Assembly (NCBI GenBank): GCA_965644495.1
Contig: CBFFSA010000043.1
Span: forward strand, 1-64,000
DNA length: 64,000 nt
Origin: Perkinsela sp. CCAP 1560/9
Taxonomy: Eukaryota; Protista; Euglenozoa: Kinetoplastea
Direction of reading: 5' to 3'
In this document: piece after piece, positions 34,063 through 46,430 of the stretch
How the letters are laid out: each line of letters begins with the position of its first letter
Position numbering within the stretch: position 1 is the stretch's first letter
Position numbers and translations under genes: made by a program
The notes under the pieces: model-generated
What the model was told of the DNA's origin: nothing
Seen by the model: the letters and a program-made list of their open reading frames with translations, nothing else
Databases searched by the model: none

Positions 34063-36174
34063 GAAATCCACGGCGAGGGCTCACAGCAGCATCAACGTGG
34101 CTCACAGCAGCATCAACTTGAAGCCAACGTCAACACCTTCATCTTGAGCGCCCTAACTCCCTTTCAGCTCGGTGAAGGAGAGACGGAGGAGTTCGGAATT
34201 GTGCCCACCAACGACGAGAGCCGTGAACTCTGTTTTTACAAGCGACATCTGGACGACCGCGTGGAGTGTGAAAACGAAACCATGGAGTGCTAAGGGACTA
34301 ACGCCCTAAGAAGGGCAATCAAGGGGAGAAGTGCTGTAGAAAGCATCGGGAATTAATAGACTTAAAGGATATGATTGTTTTAAGAGTTCTACTAGTTTTG
34401 GGTGCAAAAAAAAAAAAAAGCATCAAGTAAAGTTAAAATGATATAAAAATAGATATACTCATCAAGAAATAAGACTCTGAAAATAGTTCGCAGCCACGAA
34501 ATAGTTCGCATTACTCAGCCCTGAAATATGAGTTCACATGCAACTGAAATATGAGTCATGCAACTCGCCTCCCTTCCACAGTACCTAGGAGGACTCGGTT
34601 TAACTCCCTCCGTTTTGAAACATCGCTACTTCTTCGACACTGCCTCCAAATCTATTGATGAGCAAATTCAAACCACAAAAGCTCCGGTAGACGCGCGCAA
34701 GTCGAAGACTTCCACTCAGGAACGGCACGTCGCACTCCCTTTACTCAAGCAGCAAAAGGCCCGAAAACAAGCGTTGAAGTCCATAAAATTTGAGCAAAAG
34801 AAACTGTCAGAAGAGATTCGCAAAGATCCGCGACTCGACTCCATATTAAAACGGACAACATCATCCTTTAGTCATCTACAGTCTTCTTCTGGTTACATTA
34901 ATCCGTACCTCTTTCGATACGTAATTATGACTAGACTTGGGATCAAGCCTCCAACCTTAAATGACAAGATCGATTGCCCTGGATGTGCCGCCGAGGTTAG
35001 CTCTGCTCACATATTCCAACACATTGTCGGCTGTACTAAATGTAACGGAATGAACGCAACCAAGAAACACTCATATCTCGTCAGGTTCCTTGCGTCCCTC
35101 TGCTCGAAAGCTGGTGTCCCCTGTGTAGTAGAACCGCGCTCACATTCTTCCTTCTACTGTACCAAATGTAAAGCTCACGTTTCCGAGGGAGAGATAGAAA
35201 AACATCCCTGCCGTGCCCGCAGAATCAGATCAGGCCCCGATCTAGGAATCATGTGGCCTCACATAGGTGAAGTGCTGTATGACATTACAGTCGTCCACAC
35301 CGGAAGCCCAAGTTACCTAAAAATGACAGAAGCACAACTGCTGCAAAATGCTATTGAAAGGAAAAAGAAAAAGTATGTTTACTCTGGCGGAATAGAAGAT
35401 GATTATTTTAAATGCATTCCAATGACCGAGAGTGGTTTTCTTCATGAACATACACGAAAATTAATAACAGCTTTAGCGAAGAAAGCAAATCTGAATGTGA
35501 AAGAAGTAGTAGAGGCTTTTCAACTAGAGATTGAAAAGCTGAATGCGTACACGATTGTCACGCAATTACGCGACAGCCTACCAAAGGCCGCATGGCTAGG
35601 TTCTATCAATTCGTAGACCTACACAGCTGAAAGTTTTGATTGATTGATTGATCGATTAATGTAAACTTGAAAGAGTAATTTTGGTTCCGTCATAGTCAGA
35701 TGACGAAGTAAAAAATGTATTTGATAGTTTACGAGAGGAAATTTAGACGAGAACAAATACGAATTTGAAAAGACTCCTTTTTCTCGAATGGCCCTACGAG
35801 GCACATAATCTCCGAAAATTAAGAAGTTCACCTAAATATTTCCAAAATGAATGAAAAAAGGCCTTGCGCGCTATAACGTAAATATTAAATACTAGTAGTA
35901 CGAAGTGAAGGGGCTCAGCCCCCCACACCCCGCAGCCGAGGCTGGGGGTTGGTGGGTGGGCCTCGAAACTCGTATTACAGCTACAAAAAGGAAATAAAGT
36001 CTACTAAATATGTTGATGTTTGAAAGTCATAAACTGAAGAATATGAGAAAGAAGAAACTAATAATACATGTGCCCCGAAGGGCCATATCATAAGTTCATA
36101 TATTTATGTGCCCCGAAGGGCCAGGTTATTAAACGTAAATAGCCCTCGCCTAAATTTCATCTCGTAAACTATTA
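34063..36174 (-). repeat. YR-type terminal repeat (variant D) with retroposon fragments inserted inside
   Basis: Minus strand starts TAATAGTTTACGAGATGAAATTTAGGCGAGGG and ends CCCTCGCCGTGGATTTC; no TSD. Confidence 0.75.
34558..35616 (+). pseudogene. Divergent CRE-like 3' fragment (RT thumb region plus RLE)
   Basis: LPQYLGGLG, CPGC..HIVGC..KH..E..GPDL..YDITV. Confidence 0.85.
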
Positions 36175-37468
36175 GAAACGGGCGTAGTGTACCAAAAGCA
36201 AATACGTGTTTGGCGATATCCGCCCTATTCGGGGAGTTGAAGGCATTTTTGGCGTCAATGGAAAGAATGACGTGTCCAGACTTAAAACGCTCATGCAGTC
36301 TATGAACGATTTTTTTTCGCATCCTGCCTTTGACGAAACGCCGTGTTGCAGTGGTGCAAAAAGAGGGCCCAAAGTGTGTTCGTAGCGCTGGAGCAATATA
36401 ACGCCGGCAAGCTTCATAAATATCTCGCCCATTGCCACTAGTCTGACTCCTCCGTTGGATTTAGGAATGGCTACGAGCCGTGCTCGGTTTAATCGAAACA
36501 AAACGCTGTGATCCACGAATCCGTTGATTAGATCCGATATCATATGGGCAAGATTAGTGCATGAAATCTCATCATCGAGCATGAGTTGCACAATCCCGTC
36601 TGTCATTCCAGTTGGGCCAGGGTTTACGCCTTTTGCGAGTCGCTTCCCAGCTTTCCGTAGCTCCTCCGTCATTATCCCGCTAATTATCGGCGCATCCTCC
36701 GGCAAAGAAACTTCGTATTGTCTTTGCGGATGTAAGGCGGCAAGCTTGTCAAGGGTCTCTTCATCCGTTAGTTGCTTTGATGATGATGATGTATTGGGCC
36801 TTTCGACTCCGAAGAGTTATGGCCCCTCAACTCCCCAAACGGGCAGTCCGAATACGTCTTGCGACGTATCCGGAGAGCCAGCCATAGCAAGCTACGGCTG
36901 ACCTCCGCTTGGAGAGGAGTTAGGTTACAGCTAGGGAGGTGGGGTGCGCTATACCCCTGCACCTTAGGCAATGCAAATAAGGCGCCCCTTGACCAAAAAA
37001 ACCACTCTATCTTTTGAGGGTGGATAAAAAAAACACACAAACACATTCCAAAGATTAGCCCGAATGGCACCCACCCTAGTTTCTTAGTACCTTGTTATAT
37101 TCGGTACTGGGCGGTGCCACCCATTCTACGTTGCCAGAATGACATCCACCCTAATTATTTAGTGCCTCGTTTTACTGGCACCGGGTAGTGTCATCCATAT
37201 TGTCTTCGTTGTGCTCACCCTAGTTCTTTAGCGTCTTGTTATGCGACGCCGGGTGAGTTAGCTCGGGAAGTTGGGATCGCTAATATTTGGTAAGCTAGCC
37301 GGCCTGATATTGCTGCAGAGGTATGAAAAAACGCTGGAACCCCTTTTCTCTCCAATGCAACAGGGGGTGTTTTCGCAGGCGGGGTGTGAAAGAATCGTCC
37401 ACAAGCTACGCGACCGATATCGAGACGGTCACACGATTCTATCTGTCGACATGAGGAATGCATTTAAC

Positions 37469-38888
37469 GGCCAGGGGGGGCATTCGATGAAAATTCATCG
37501 AACGCACCGTGCGTTCGATGAATATTCATTGAACGGCGTCCCGTTCGATGACCAGGCGTCCCGTTCGATGAATATTCATCGAACGGGCAGTACGTTCGAT
37601 GAATCATTCATCCAACGGGCACTGCTGCACGAATTTTTCGTCTCGATTTTTTTTGGGGGGAATTTGAACATTACCATCTCGTTTACATGTCTGGAGGCAA
37701 GGCCCAACTGTCAGCGAAGCCCAAGTGTGCAAGCAAGGCCCCCGTCTGCGAGCAAGGCCCAACTGTGAGCGTAGCCCGCTTCTGGAGGCAAAAGCCCCCC
37801 TTTGCGAGCAAGGCCCAACTGTGAGCGTAGCCCTGGGACATAATTATATTTTTTGGCGACCCGCGCGCTCCATGCGGAGGTGGTGGATATTAGCACGGCG
37901 GGCGGATGAGTTGGCATCACGGCCTTCTTTTTCCATCGGGCACGAGGGAGCGGCAAAATCTCAGGAGCTACTCCTGATTCTTTTGCTTTGGAGCGTGTGA
38001 ACACTCCCATGAAAGGTAAAAAAAGTAAATAATCAACAAGGTACAGAAACTGTATCTTTATCGTTAAAGATTATTGTACGTGTGCTTCTCTCTAGATTCG
38101 TGGGAAGCAATTTGCGAAGCCCAGCTACCTTGATAACAAATTTTAGTACCCATTTTGGCCGCGCGGGGGCCCCCGCGTGAGCGGGGGTGCGCGCGGCCGC
38201 GAAACGGCGAGGGCCCGCGTGAGCGGGCCTGAGCCGTACCCCGCGTAGGATTCCCCTGTGCGTCGTTAGTGGGAAGCAATTTGCGAAGCTCACTGAATTT
38301 CGTAGTTTTCGCTACGCAGGCGTTGTCAACGTATATAGTGAAGTGTAGGATACTGAACGCACGGAAAATGAAAATCAAAAAAAATTCTTGGGTGTTCCAC
38401 AAAAGTCCTTGACATATGCAAAAGTCCTTGACTTGCACCGTAAATTTCCGTTCGTTGAGTACTCAACGAAAATCCGGCAGTTCGTTGAGTACAACGAACG
38501 TACCCCCAACCCAATATTTTTTGGGTCGCGCACTGAGGACCTGTGTCTGCCACTTCCGCAGGTTTGTGTATTTGTAAGTTATGATTTTATCTTTGTAAAC
38601 TTATGAGGCAATAGTTTTAAGAATCCTTCCGCTTTTTGATAACGTTTCGGATTTGTTTTTGTCTTACGGATCAAGGTAGCAGCCAGGAGCATGATGCAGA
38701 CCGAAACGAGCTTTTTTTTTACAAAAAAAAATGCGTTTTCATTCATCGAACAGGACATCCTGTTCGATGAATGATTCATCGAACGGGTCGTACTGCAATC
38801 CATTCATCGAACAGGATGTCCTGTTCGATGAATATTCATCGAACGCACTGTCCGTTCGATGAATATTCATCGAGTGCCCCCCCTCCCC
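37469..38888. mobile_element. MITE with GG-initiated imperfect TIRs and 8-bp TSD (Merlin- or hAT-like)
   Basis: TSD CATTTAAC; TIR GG..AGGGGGGGCAYTCGATGAAWATTCATCGAACG; contains an SL (38034-38069, minus) heading a truncated CRE ORF. Confidence 0.85.
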
Positions 38889-39465
38889 CATTTAACACCC
38901 CTTCAAGGACCGAAATGGCCAAAAGCGTCTTTGCATTTGCAACACTCAAACCTTTCCAGAGGTTCTTCACCGCCGAATACTCCGAACCCTCTGACCTGCT
39001 GTATTTCGGTTCTGATGGCAATTTAGCGAGCATTATACCGAGTTCCGCTGGAGTACGACAAGGTTCTGCCTTAGCAAGTCTATACTTTTGTGTATTTTGT
39101 CAGCCGATCCTTGAAACGTTGGCCATGGAATTCCCTGGTGTAGAAATCAACGCTTACATCGACGATATAACTCTGGTTTCGCGAGACCCTAACGAATTAG
39201 AAACGGTGTTTTTCCGACTTAGAGATCTTCTCAAGCAGAAACGGGTGAGTCTCGCCGAGACGAAGTATGTGTGGTTTCAGGGAATGTCAGGAAACTCCAT
39301 ACCATGGTCTCTTCAACAGCAAGGTCTTAAAACAGAATCCGATGCCATTAAGATACTGGGTGCTCACATAGGTGAAAACGAATCGATTAGTGAAAGGCTC
39401 CTTCGACAGGTAAACAAACATGATGACGGGTTTAGGCGGCTAAAGAAAATGGGTATAAATAATAT

Positions 39466-40535
39466 GGCTCCACGGGCACTTCCGTGAGTTTTTGAGACAC
39501 TTCGATGATTTCTCACCGAAGTGCCTACGTGTCACAGGGTGACTCATCGAAACGTCAATCTTCTCATCGGAGGTGATTTTAATTGCTTTGGAAAGAAAAA
39601 AATCGAGAACATGAAAATAAGAAAGCGGCGACACTGAGAATCTGTGTCTGCCACTTCCGCAGGTTTGTGTATTTGTTTTCCTATACTACGACACCTAGTT
39701 TACGTGTCTGGAGGCAAGGCCCAACTTTGAGCGAAGCCCACTTCTGGAGGCAAAAGCCCCCTTTTGCGAGCAAGGCCCAACTGTGAGCGTAGCCCTGGGA
39801 CAGAATTATATTTTTTGGCGACCCGCGCGCTCCATGCGGTGGTGGTGGATATTAGCACGGCGGGCGGATGAGTTGGCATCACGGCCTTCTTTTTCCATCG
39901 GGCACGAGGGAGCGGCAAAATCTCAGGAGCTACTCCTGATTCTTTTGCTTTGGAGCGTGTGAACACTCCCATGAAAGGTAAAAAAAGTAAATAATCAACA
40001 AGGTACAGAAACTGTATCTTTATCGTTAAAGATTATTGTACGTGTGCTTCTCTCTAGATTCGTGGGAAGCAATTTGCGAAGCCCAACTACCTTGATAACA
40101 AATTTTAGTACCCATTTTGGCCGCGCGGGGGCCCCCGCGTGAGCGGGGGTGCGCGCGGCCGCGAAACGGCGAGGGCCCGCGTGAGCGGGCCTGAGCCGTA
40201 CCCCGCGTAGGATTCCCCTGTTCGTCGTTAGTGGGAAGCAATTTGCGAAGCTCACTGAATTTCGTAGTTTTCGCTACGCAGGCGTTGTCAACGTATATAG
40301 TGAAGTGTAGGATACTGAACGCACGGAAAATGAAAATCGCGCTGGCGCGCGGGTCGCGCACTGAGAACCTATGTCTGCCACTTCCGCAGGATTGTGTATT
40401 TGTTTTTTAGTCGAAAATGCAGCTACCACCTCAAAAGTAATTAAAAACACCTTCGATGAGTTTCTTTCGTTTCGATGATTTTCGTTTTGACACGTGGGCG
40501 TTTCGATGAGTACTCACGGAAGTGTCCTCGTACCC
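39466..40535. mobile_element. MITE with 8-bp TSD, same core but a different TIR
   Basis: TSD AATAATAT; TIR core CACTTCCGTGAGT; SL at 39996-40031 (minus). Confidence 0.85.
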
Positions 40536-43500
40536 AATAATATTTCTCTTCTGCTGCTGTCTAAATGCGTAAACTTTAGACTGCAATACCTCATGCGCGT
40601 TCACGAAGCGGACACCACAGACACTGCTACTGCGGAGTTTGATCAAAAAGTCGAGGATGTCGTGGAAGCCTGGTTCGGGCCGTTATCATCAAATCAAAAG
40701 AAAATCATCCGTCTTCCATTCAAAAAAGGGGGTTTCGGATTAACAGCCAGTAATCCCAATAGAGCGAATGCGTACGCTGCTTCGCGTTTTTCAGTTCTTG
40801 AGCGCCAAAGATCTTCTTCAGCTCGGACTGTAACAAACACCACAGCTGCACACAAATGCATTCCAAAGAAATCTAGTCTAAAAATTACACCTGTTGACGA
40901 CGAAACATCCAACGTGATTCAACATGAAAAGGATTGGAAAGAATTGCTGCTAAATCCCGAACTTAAGCCCATACTTCAAGCCACTTCTTTCAAAGGCAAC
41001 AACGACTGGCTCACGTCACATGTACGAAGTATACCGTCACACCTATTTAAGCTTGCGGTTATGCCTAGGCTAAATGCTCAACATCAAAATCTTCCGACCA
41101 ACCTTCTTTGCCCGGGATGTGGCATTGTTCTCGACAATCGGAATGCTCTGTCACATATCCCAGGATGCGTTCAATGCTCAGGATTCAATTCAACGGCGAA
41201 GCACAATGCACTTGTTACATTTCTACAGCGACTATGCCACAAAGCTGGATTGCCATGTGAAAAGGAACCCAGAGCTTTCTCGTCATGGAAATGTCTGCAG
41301 TGCAGAGATATAATTAGTCCAAGCAATCACGTAACTCATCAGAAAGTTTGCACTGGAAGACGGCTATGCCGATCCGGACCGGATCTCGTTATTTATTGGA
41401 ACAACGGCGAGGTATACTATGACTTAACCGTAATACACGAGCTTTCGCAGAGCAATAGGTCTAAAAAATGCATCCAACTAATCAACGACGCGATCAAAAG
41501 GAAACATAACACGTACGTGCAGACGAATATTATACGAGAAGAATGCTTCCAATGCTTGCCTGTTCTGTCCGGAGGTTCTTTACATCGCAACACGCAAAGT
41601 CTGATCCATGCGATAGCAGATGCCGCCTTACTAGACCGGCAGGGGGTTGAACAGGAGTTTAAACTACTGGTGCAGGAATTAAATGGCCTAGAAGTTTATT
41701 CCCACCTTCGGAAATACCTAAACGAAGAAGGCGCTACGCAGGAATTCAGTCTATAAATCAGCTCATTAGTTTTTATATCATAATACGAAATATTACACAG
41801 CTTGCAAAGTCGCGCAAGCCTTATATAAGCCTATTATATATAGCCTATTATATATAAGCCTTATCGTGATTACCCTTTTCGGTCAAAAAAAAAAAAAAAG
41901 CAGATGCCGCCTTACTAGACCGGCAGGGGGTTGAACAGGAATTTAAACTACTGGTGCAGGAATTAAATGGTCTAGAAGTTTATTCCCACCTTCGGAAATA
42001 CCTAAACGAAGAAGGCGCTACGCAGGAATTCAGTCTATAAATCAGCTCATTAGTTTTTATATTATAATACGAAATATTACACAGCTTGCAAAGTCGCGCA
42101 AGCCTTATATAAGCCTTATCTCTGATCCGTCATTGTGGCAGAATGCAAAAAAAAAAAATCTTAATAAAAAAAAAAGATCGCTAAGTCCCATCATCCGACA
42201 TAAGCCGGATGCCCTGAAGTTAGTTGCTTTGGTGTAAAGGTCTGATCCAAGACCTTGGCCGCCTTAGAAGTACATCCATCCAATACTAGCCTTGTCGCTC
42301 GTTTGATGGCTCGTGTATCGCTCATTGTCTCCTCTTTTCGTTCACCGTCATCGGGCTCCCGTAACGGGCGCCGTCTTCGCCTTTTTCCACTGTTTTCTCG
42401 AACAGTCGCTAGGGATAACTTAATGGCTGATAGCAAACGGTGCCATATTTTTGTTCTTTGCGTGTGATCGGAATTTATATACTCCTGGACGATGTTCCTC
42501 AGCACCACGACAACACAGGGAGCGAGGTCAGGGCTTATTGAACGTAGCGTGGGTATTGGTAACAAATCCATTGATGAATCATCTTTGGCTTTTTCTGGAA
42601 AGTTCATCTGATGATTCTCCAGAAACGCATCCCTTTGCACAGTAGTATCGATCGCTGGCGGCGCTTGATGCCACGCTAGTTTATAGATCCGTACGTCCTC
42701 TTGTGGAGGTAAAACCCCGGAAAATTGTTCCCCAACTTTGTGACCAACAACGCCCCGATACGAGATAGATAACTTACCAAATCCTCCACGCTTACTATGT
42801 GTTCGAGTGACTTTGCCTATTGAGATGTTAAGCGCACCTTGTTTGTTAAATGTCCAGGCCACTGTACACATTGCGCCCGGTTTGATTTGCTTCGAATGCG
42901 TCCAAATCTCATCCAGCGAGGCCGGAAATTGTGACTCGGGCGTTACATTCTTCATCAGGTCAAAGGATTTATTCTCCTCTGTGCTTGGGTCGATTCCGAT
43001 AAACATGATCGCTGAATTTTTCTCGTTCTGTGACTTCGTTGCATTTGGCTCCCGCTCGGGTAATTCCGCATCGATTTTGGGACTTGATGGAGACCCCAAC
43101 TGAGAGAGAAGCTGATCACGTTGGTTCGTTTTTTTCATGGGAGTTTCGGGAGTGTTGCACTCAAAAAACTGACGTGGCTCATCTGACGGGGAAGACGGCT
43201 CTTCAGAAAAAACATCAAACTTGTGAACGTCGTGCACGTAACCATTACCGATCCATCTGTATCCTTCAAATCGAGGGTCTTTGGGATCTGGATTCATCTC
43301 GATGTTGGTTTCATTGGCGTCATTTGCTACCGTCGGCGGGGTATTCGTGTTCACTTGAGAATTCCCGTGATGTGATTTATGACATGTAACCGCAGTTCCA
43401 TTTGTCGTTTCCGCTGTCACGTTCTGGATCCTTATCCGAGTTGAATCATCCTCGTTTCGCAGTTTCACTGGTGATGGACTGTGGCTGCGATTAGGAAGTT

Positions 43501-45474
43501 GAGGCAGCTGAATGCTTTGCTGACTGCTTGCAATCGATGTCAAAGTTGAGACAGCTGCGCCGCACGTTTTCGCTGCCATGCCGCACGATTTCGTGATAAT
43601 GGAACTCCATCCATTTACTTGATACGGATGGCGGAGGTGGCGGAGTGGCAAGAATTCAAAGTTTGAAGCACATGGTGCTCAGACGGCGAGTTCAAACCCG
43701 TTCATCGCAATATTCCCGGCGGCCTCACTCTAAGAGGCTGGGATGATAACCGACTAGGCCCAGTACTCGGAGGACCGTCCCGGACCCTCCCCTCAGGGAA
43801 CCATCTCCCTTACCCGGCTTACACCTCTTGGGTAAGCTGTGTTGACGTGCAGTTCGTCGACGCAGCGTGTTGGCAACAGCACGTTGGTGCCGCCTTGGAC
43901 AAGCGGAAACTGGTAGAGGACGTCGGCCTCGGAACTTCCAAATATGTCTGTGAAGGGTCTGGCTTGCCAGTGACCATCCGGAGCAATCCGGAATGATGAT
44001 ACGGAGTTTTGCTAATAGGAGAAGATTGGACTATGCGCGGTGCTACCGAGGCGTTCTTTCGCTGAGCTTCTCGTTTTTCTTTCTGCATGCGTGTCCACAA
44101 ATCGTTGAACGTTTGCCTCCGAATGTTTGACTTTGAAATTGTAATTTTCATGGTTTTCTGAGACCTGATGTTTGGTGATTCTGATGCGACGTTTGGCGAA
44201 ACGTTTGTCGACGAGAGCGATGGTGGAAATTCTGAATCTTTTCGTGAAACCGCAACTGGTATTGTTCTTTGTGTCGTTTGTCCTTTGTGTCTTTTGTATA
44301 CCCCCCAGCCGCATACCCCACTTCTCCATCCACCGCTCCCCCCGCCAACTCCAGCGAACAAAGCAACGGTTAAAATACCCGCGAAATTGTTTTCGAAGGA
44401 CCTGTTTTCGAACCTTTTTTGTCGACGCGGCAAGAAAGCGACGGTAAACGCACCAGTTTTAGCAGATAGAATGCCACAAGATGCAGAAGAGGAAGGACAC
44501 CACGAGAAGAATAAGATGCGCCATCTTATCGATTGACCTTAAGAACGCCTTCAACTCCCCATCACGGGACGAGATTGCCAGAGCAGTCTTTGGATTCCAC
44601 AGCCTACGTCCATTCTTACGCCTCTTCAATGCGGAGTACGGGTCTCCATCCGAGCTGCTTTACTATGGAAAAGATGGCCGACTTTGCAACACTGTAATGA
44701 GCGCTGCTGGCGTGCGCCAAGGGTCCCCCTTATCCACTATCTTGTTCTGCGCTTTTCTTCAACCAATCTTGGAAACAATCGCGTCCGAATTTCCCACGCT
44801 ACGTATTTATGCATTCGTTGATGACATCAATTTTGCATCGACTGACGCAGAAATGGTATCCAATGCATTCTTACGGCTTAAGGAACTGTTGACGTCGAAA
44901 CGCGTAGAGACTTCCTCCAGTAAATGTATTTGGTTCGAGGGAATCAATCATATCCCTTTGCCGCATCAGTTAATGCAGGAAGGTGTAAACTGGGAGCCAG
45001 GCGCCACAAAGGTTCTAGGAGCATTCGTGGGCGACAGTCATCTGGTCAGCGAAAAACTCGTTCAGATGCTTCAAAAACACCGTACAGCATTCCGACGTCT
45101 TCAGCAAATGGGGGCAAACAATGTTTCTGTTCTTTTGCTTTCCAAGTGCATTAATGTACGCCACCGATATCATATCCGCGTACATCATCCGGAAAATCAT
45201 CGGAGCTCACGAGACAATTTGACGGAGAAGTTTCCAACACTCTTTCCTCATGGTTTGGCGGACTAACAGAAAAACAAATCTCATGGACACGGCTTCCTCT
45301 TAAGAAAGGCGGGTTAGGTATCACTCCTTCCGAACCAATTAGGGAAGCAGCGTATACTAAATCCAAGCAAATGGCAACGGAGCGACCAATATATCTTTCA
45401 GCTCCCGCCCCTTGCACGGGTTTGGCCACGCAGCTAACTACTCAGCCAAATCATAATAACCCTTCCGCCGATGA

Positions 45475-46430
45475 TTGATTGATTGAAAAAAGGCAATATA
45501 TCTCCGAGGAGATGTTACCTCCCTAGGACAAGCCCCCCCTTATCGCTTGCTAGGAGCTGTGCCACGCAGCACGCAAGTCAAATCCGAAGATTTGACCAGA
45601 TCGAGCGCGAGCAGCCAGCTTATCTTTTTTAACCCCTTTTATATACTACAAGAAAATATTTAGAAGTCTACGCATGGAAATTTAACCGAGGGGCTAATAT
45701 CGGGTCAAATGCCCCGGAAGGGGGTTATAATTTTCATTGTTCTTTTCCCCGAAAGGGGGTTGTAATTGAATCATGTATAAAAGCTACAATATGTATTCTG
45801 AAAATTTACATATTTACTGATTACTTACTTGTAGAATCCTTTTCCTTTACGCGTTTTTTGTCCCACCCACCAAACCCCCATCCTATAGCCGCCGGGTTTG
45901 GCGGGTGCAACCCGCTAACATAGTGATATATTATAAATTTATATTGTTTGTTTTGAAAGGCCTATTTTGTCAAGATGATGTAGAAGCTACATACGTTTCA
46001 ATTTGCTTTTCATGTATATGATATGAATAGGTGAACTCATGTGAAAATAAATTATTATTTCATCTTTATAGTTATTTTCTTTTATGTCCTGTGCGGCCCC
46101 TCGGTGTGGATTTCCTTTATGAAAAACACTTCTTTTGAAGTGAAAAACACAACACACTCCAAAGATTATGCTGGATGACACCCACCCTAGTTCCTTAGTA
46201 CCTTGTTATATCCGGTACCGGGCGGTGTCATTCTCACGCTGCAATGTCTGGGTGACCGTTACCCTAGTTATTTTGTGCCTTGTTTTGCTGGCACCGGGTA
46301 GTGTCACCCGCGGGGCCCTGATCGTACCCACCCTAGGCATGTAGCGTCTTGTTATGCGACGCCGGGTGAGTTAGCTAGGGAAGCTGGGGTCGCTACGCCC
46401 CATCATCCGACAAAAGCCGAATGCCCTGAC
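45475..46430 (-). mobile_element. (CAAT)n-tailed SINE-like element E1
   Basis: 12-bp TSD TTCCGCCGATGA (45463-45474 and 46432-46443). Confidence 0.8.
45661..46114 (+). repeat. Solo terminal repeat of the YR element 1 family (454 bp)
   Basis: Essentially identical to 31094-31547; no TSD. Confidence 0.9.

Larger units (their letters stand above)
37284..42175 (+). mobile_element. 5'-truncated CRE family-1 insertion (RT-RLE, stop at 41756) carrying two MITEs and a duplicated 3' end
   Basis: 9-bp TSD GATCGCTAA (37275-37283 and 42176-42184). The ORF rejoins across both MITEs. 41900-42120 repeats 41616-41865. Confidence 0.88.
36780..42218 (-). mobile_element. (CAT)n-tailed SINE-like element E2 with a CRE nested inside
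   Basis: 13-bp TSD GTTAGTTGCTTTG (36767-36779 and 42219-42231); 5' part homologous to 46150-46430. Confidence 0.8.
33325..43651 (-). pseudogene. Minus-strand CRE family-1 copy in three pieces (43651-42219, 36779-36175, 34062-33325), 3'-truncated
   Basis: Pieces join as FTPKQLT|DEETLDKL and LRPF|QRIFHAE; FIDD motif; a frameshift near 36310. Confidence 0.85.

Noticed and set aside
43819-44536. Host protein gene
   Set aside because: Low-complexity overlapping ORFs without recognisable motifs, lying between retroelement fragments; not supportable.
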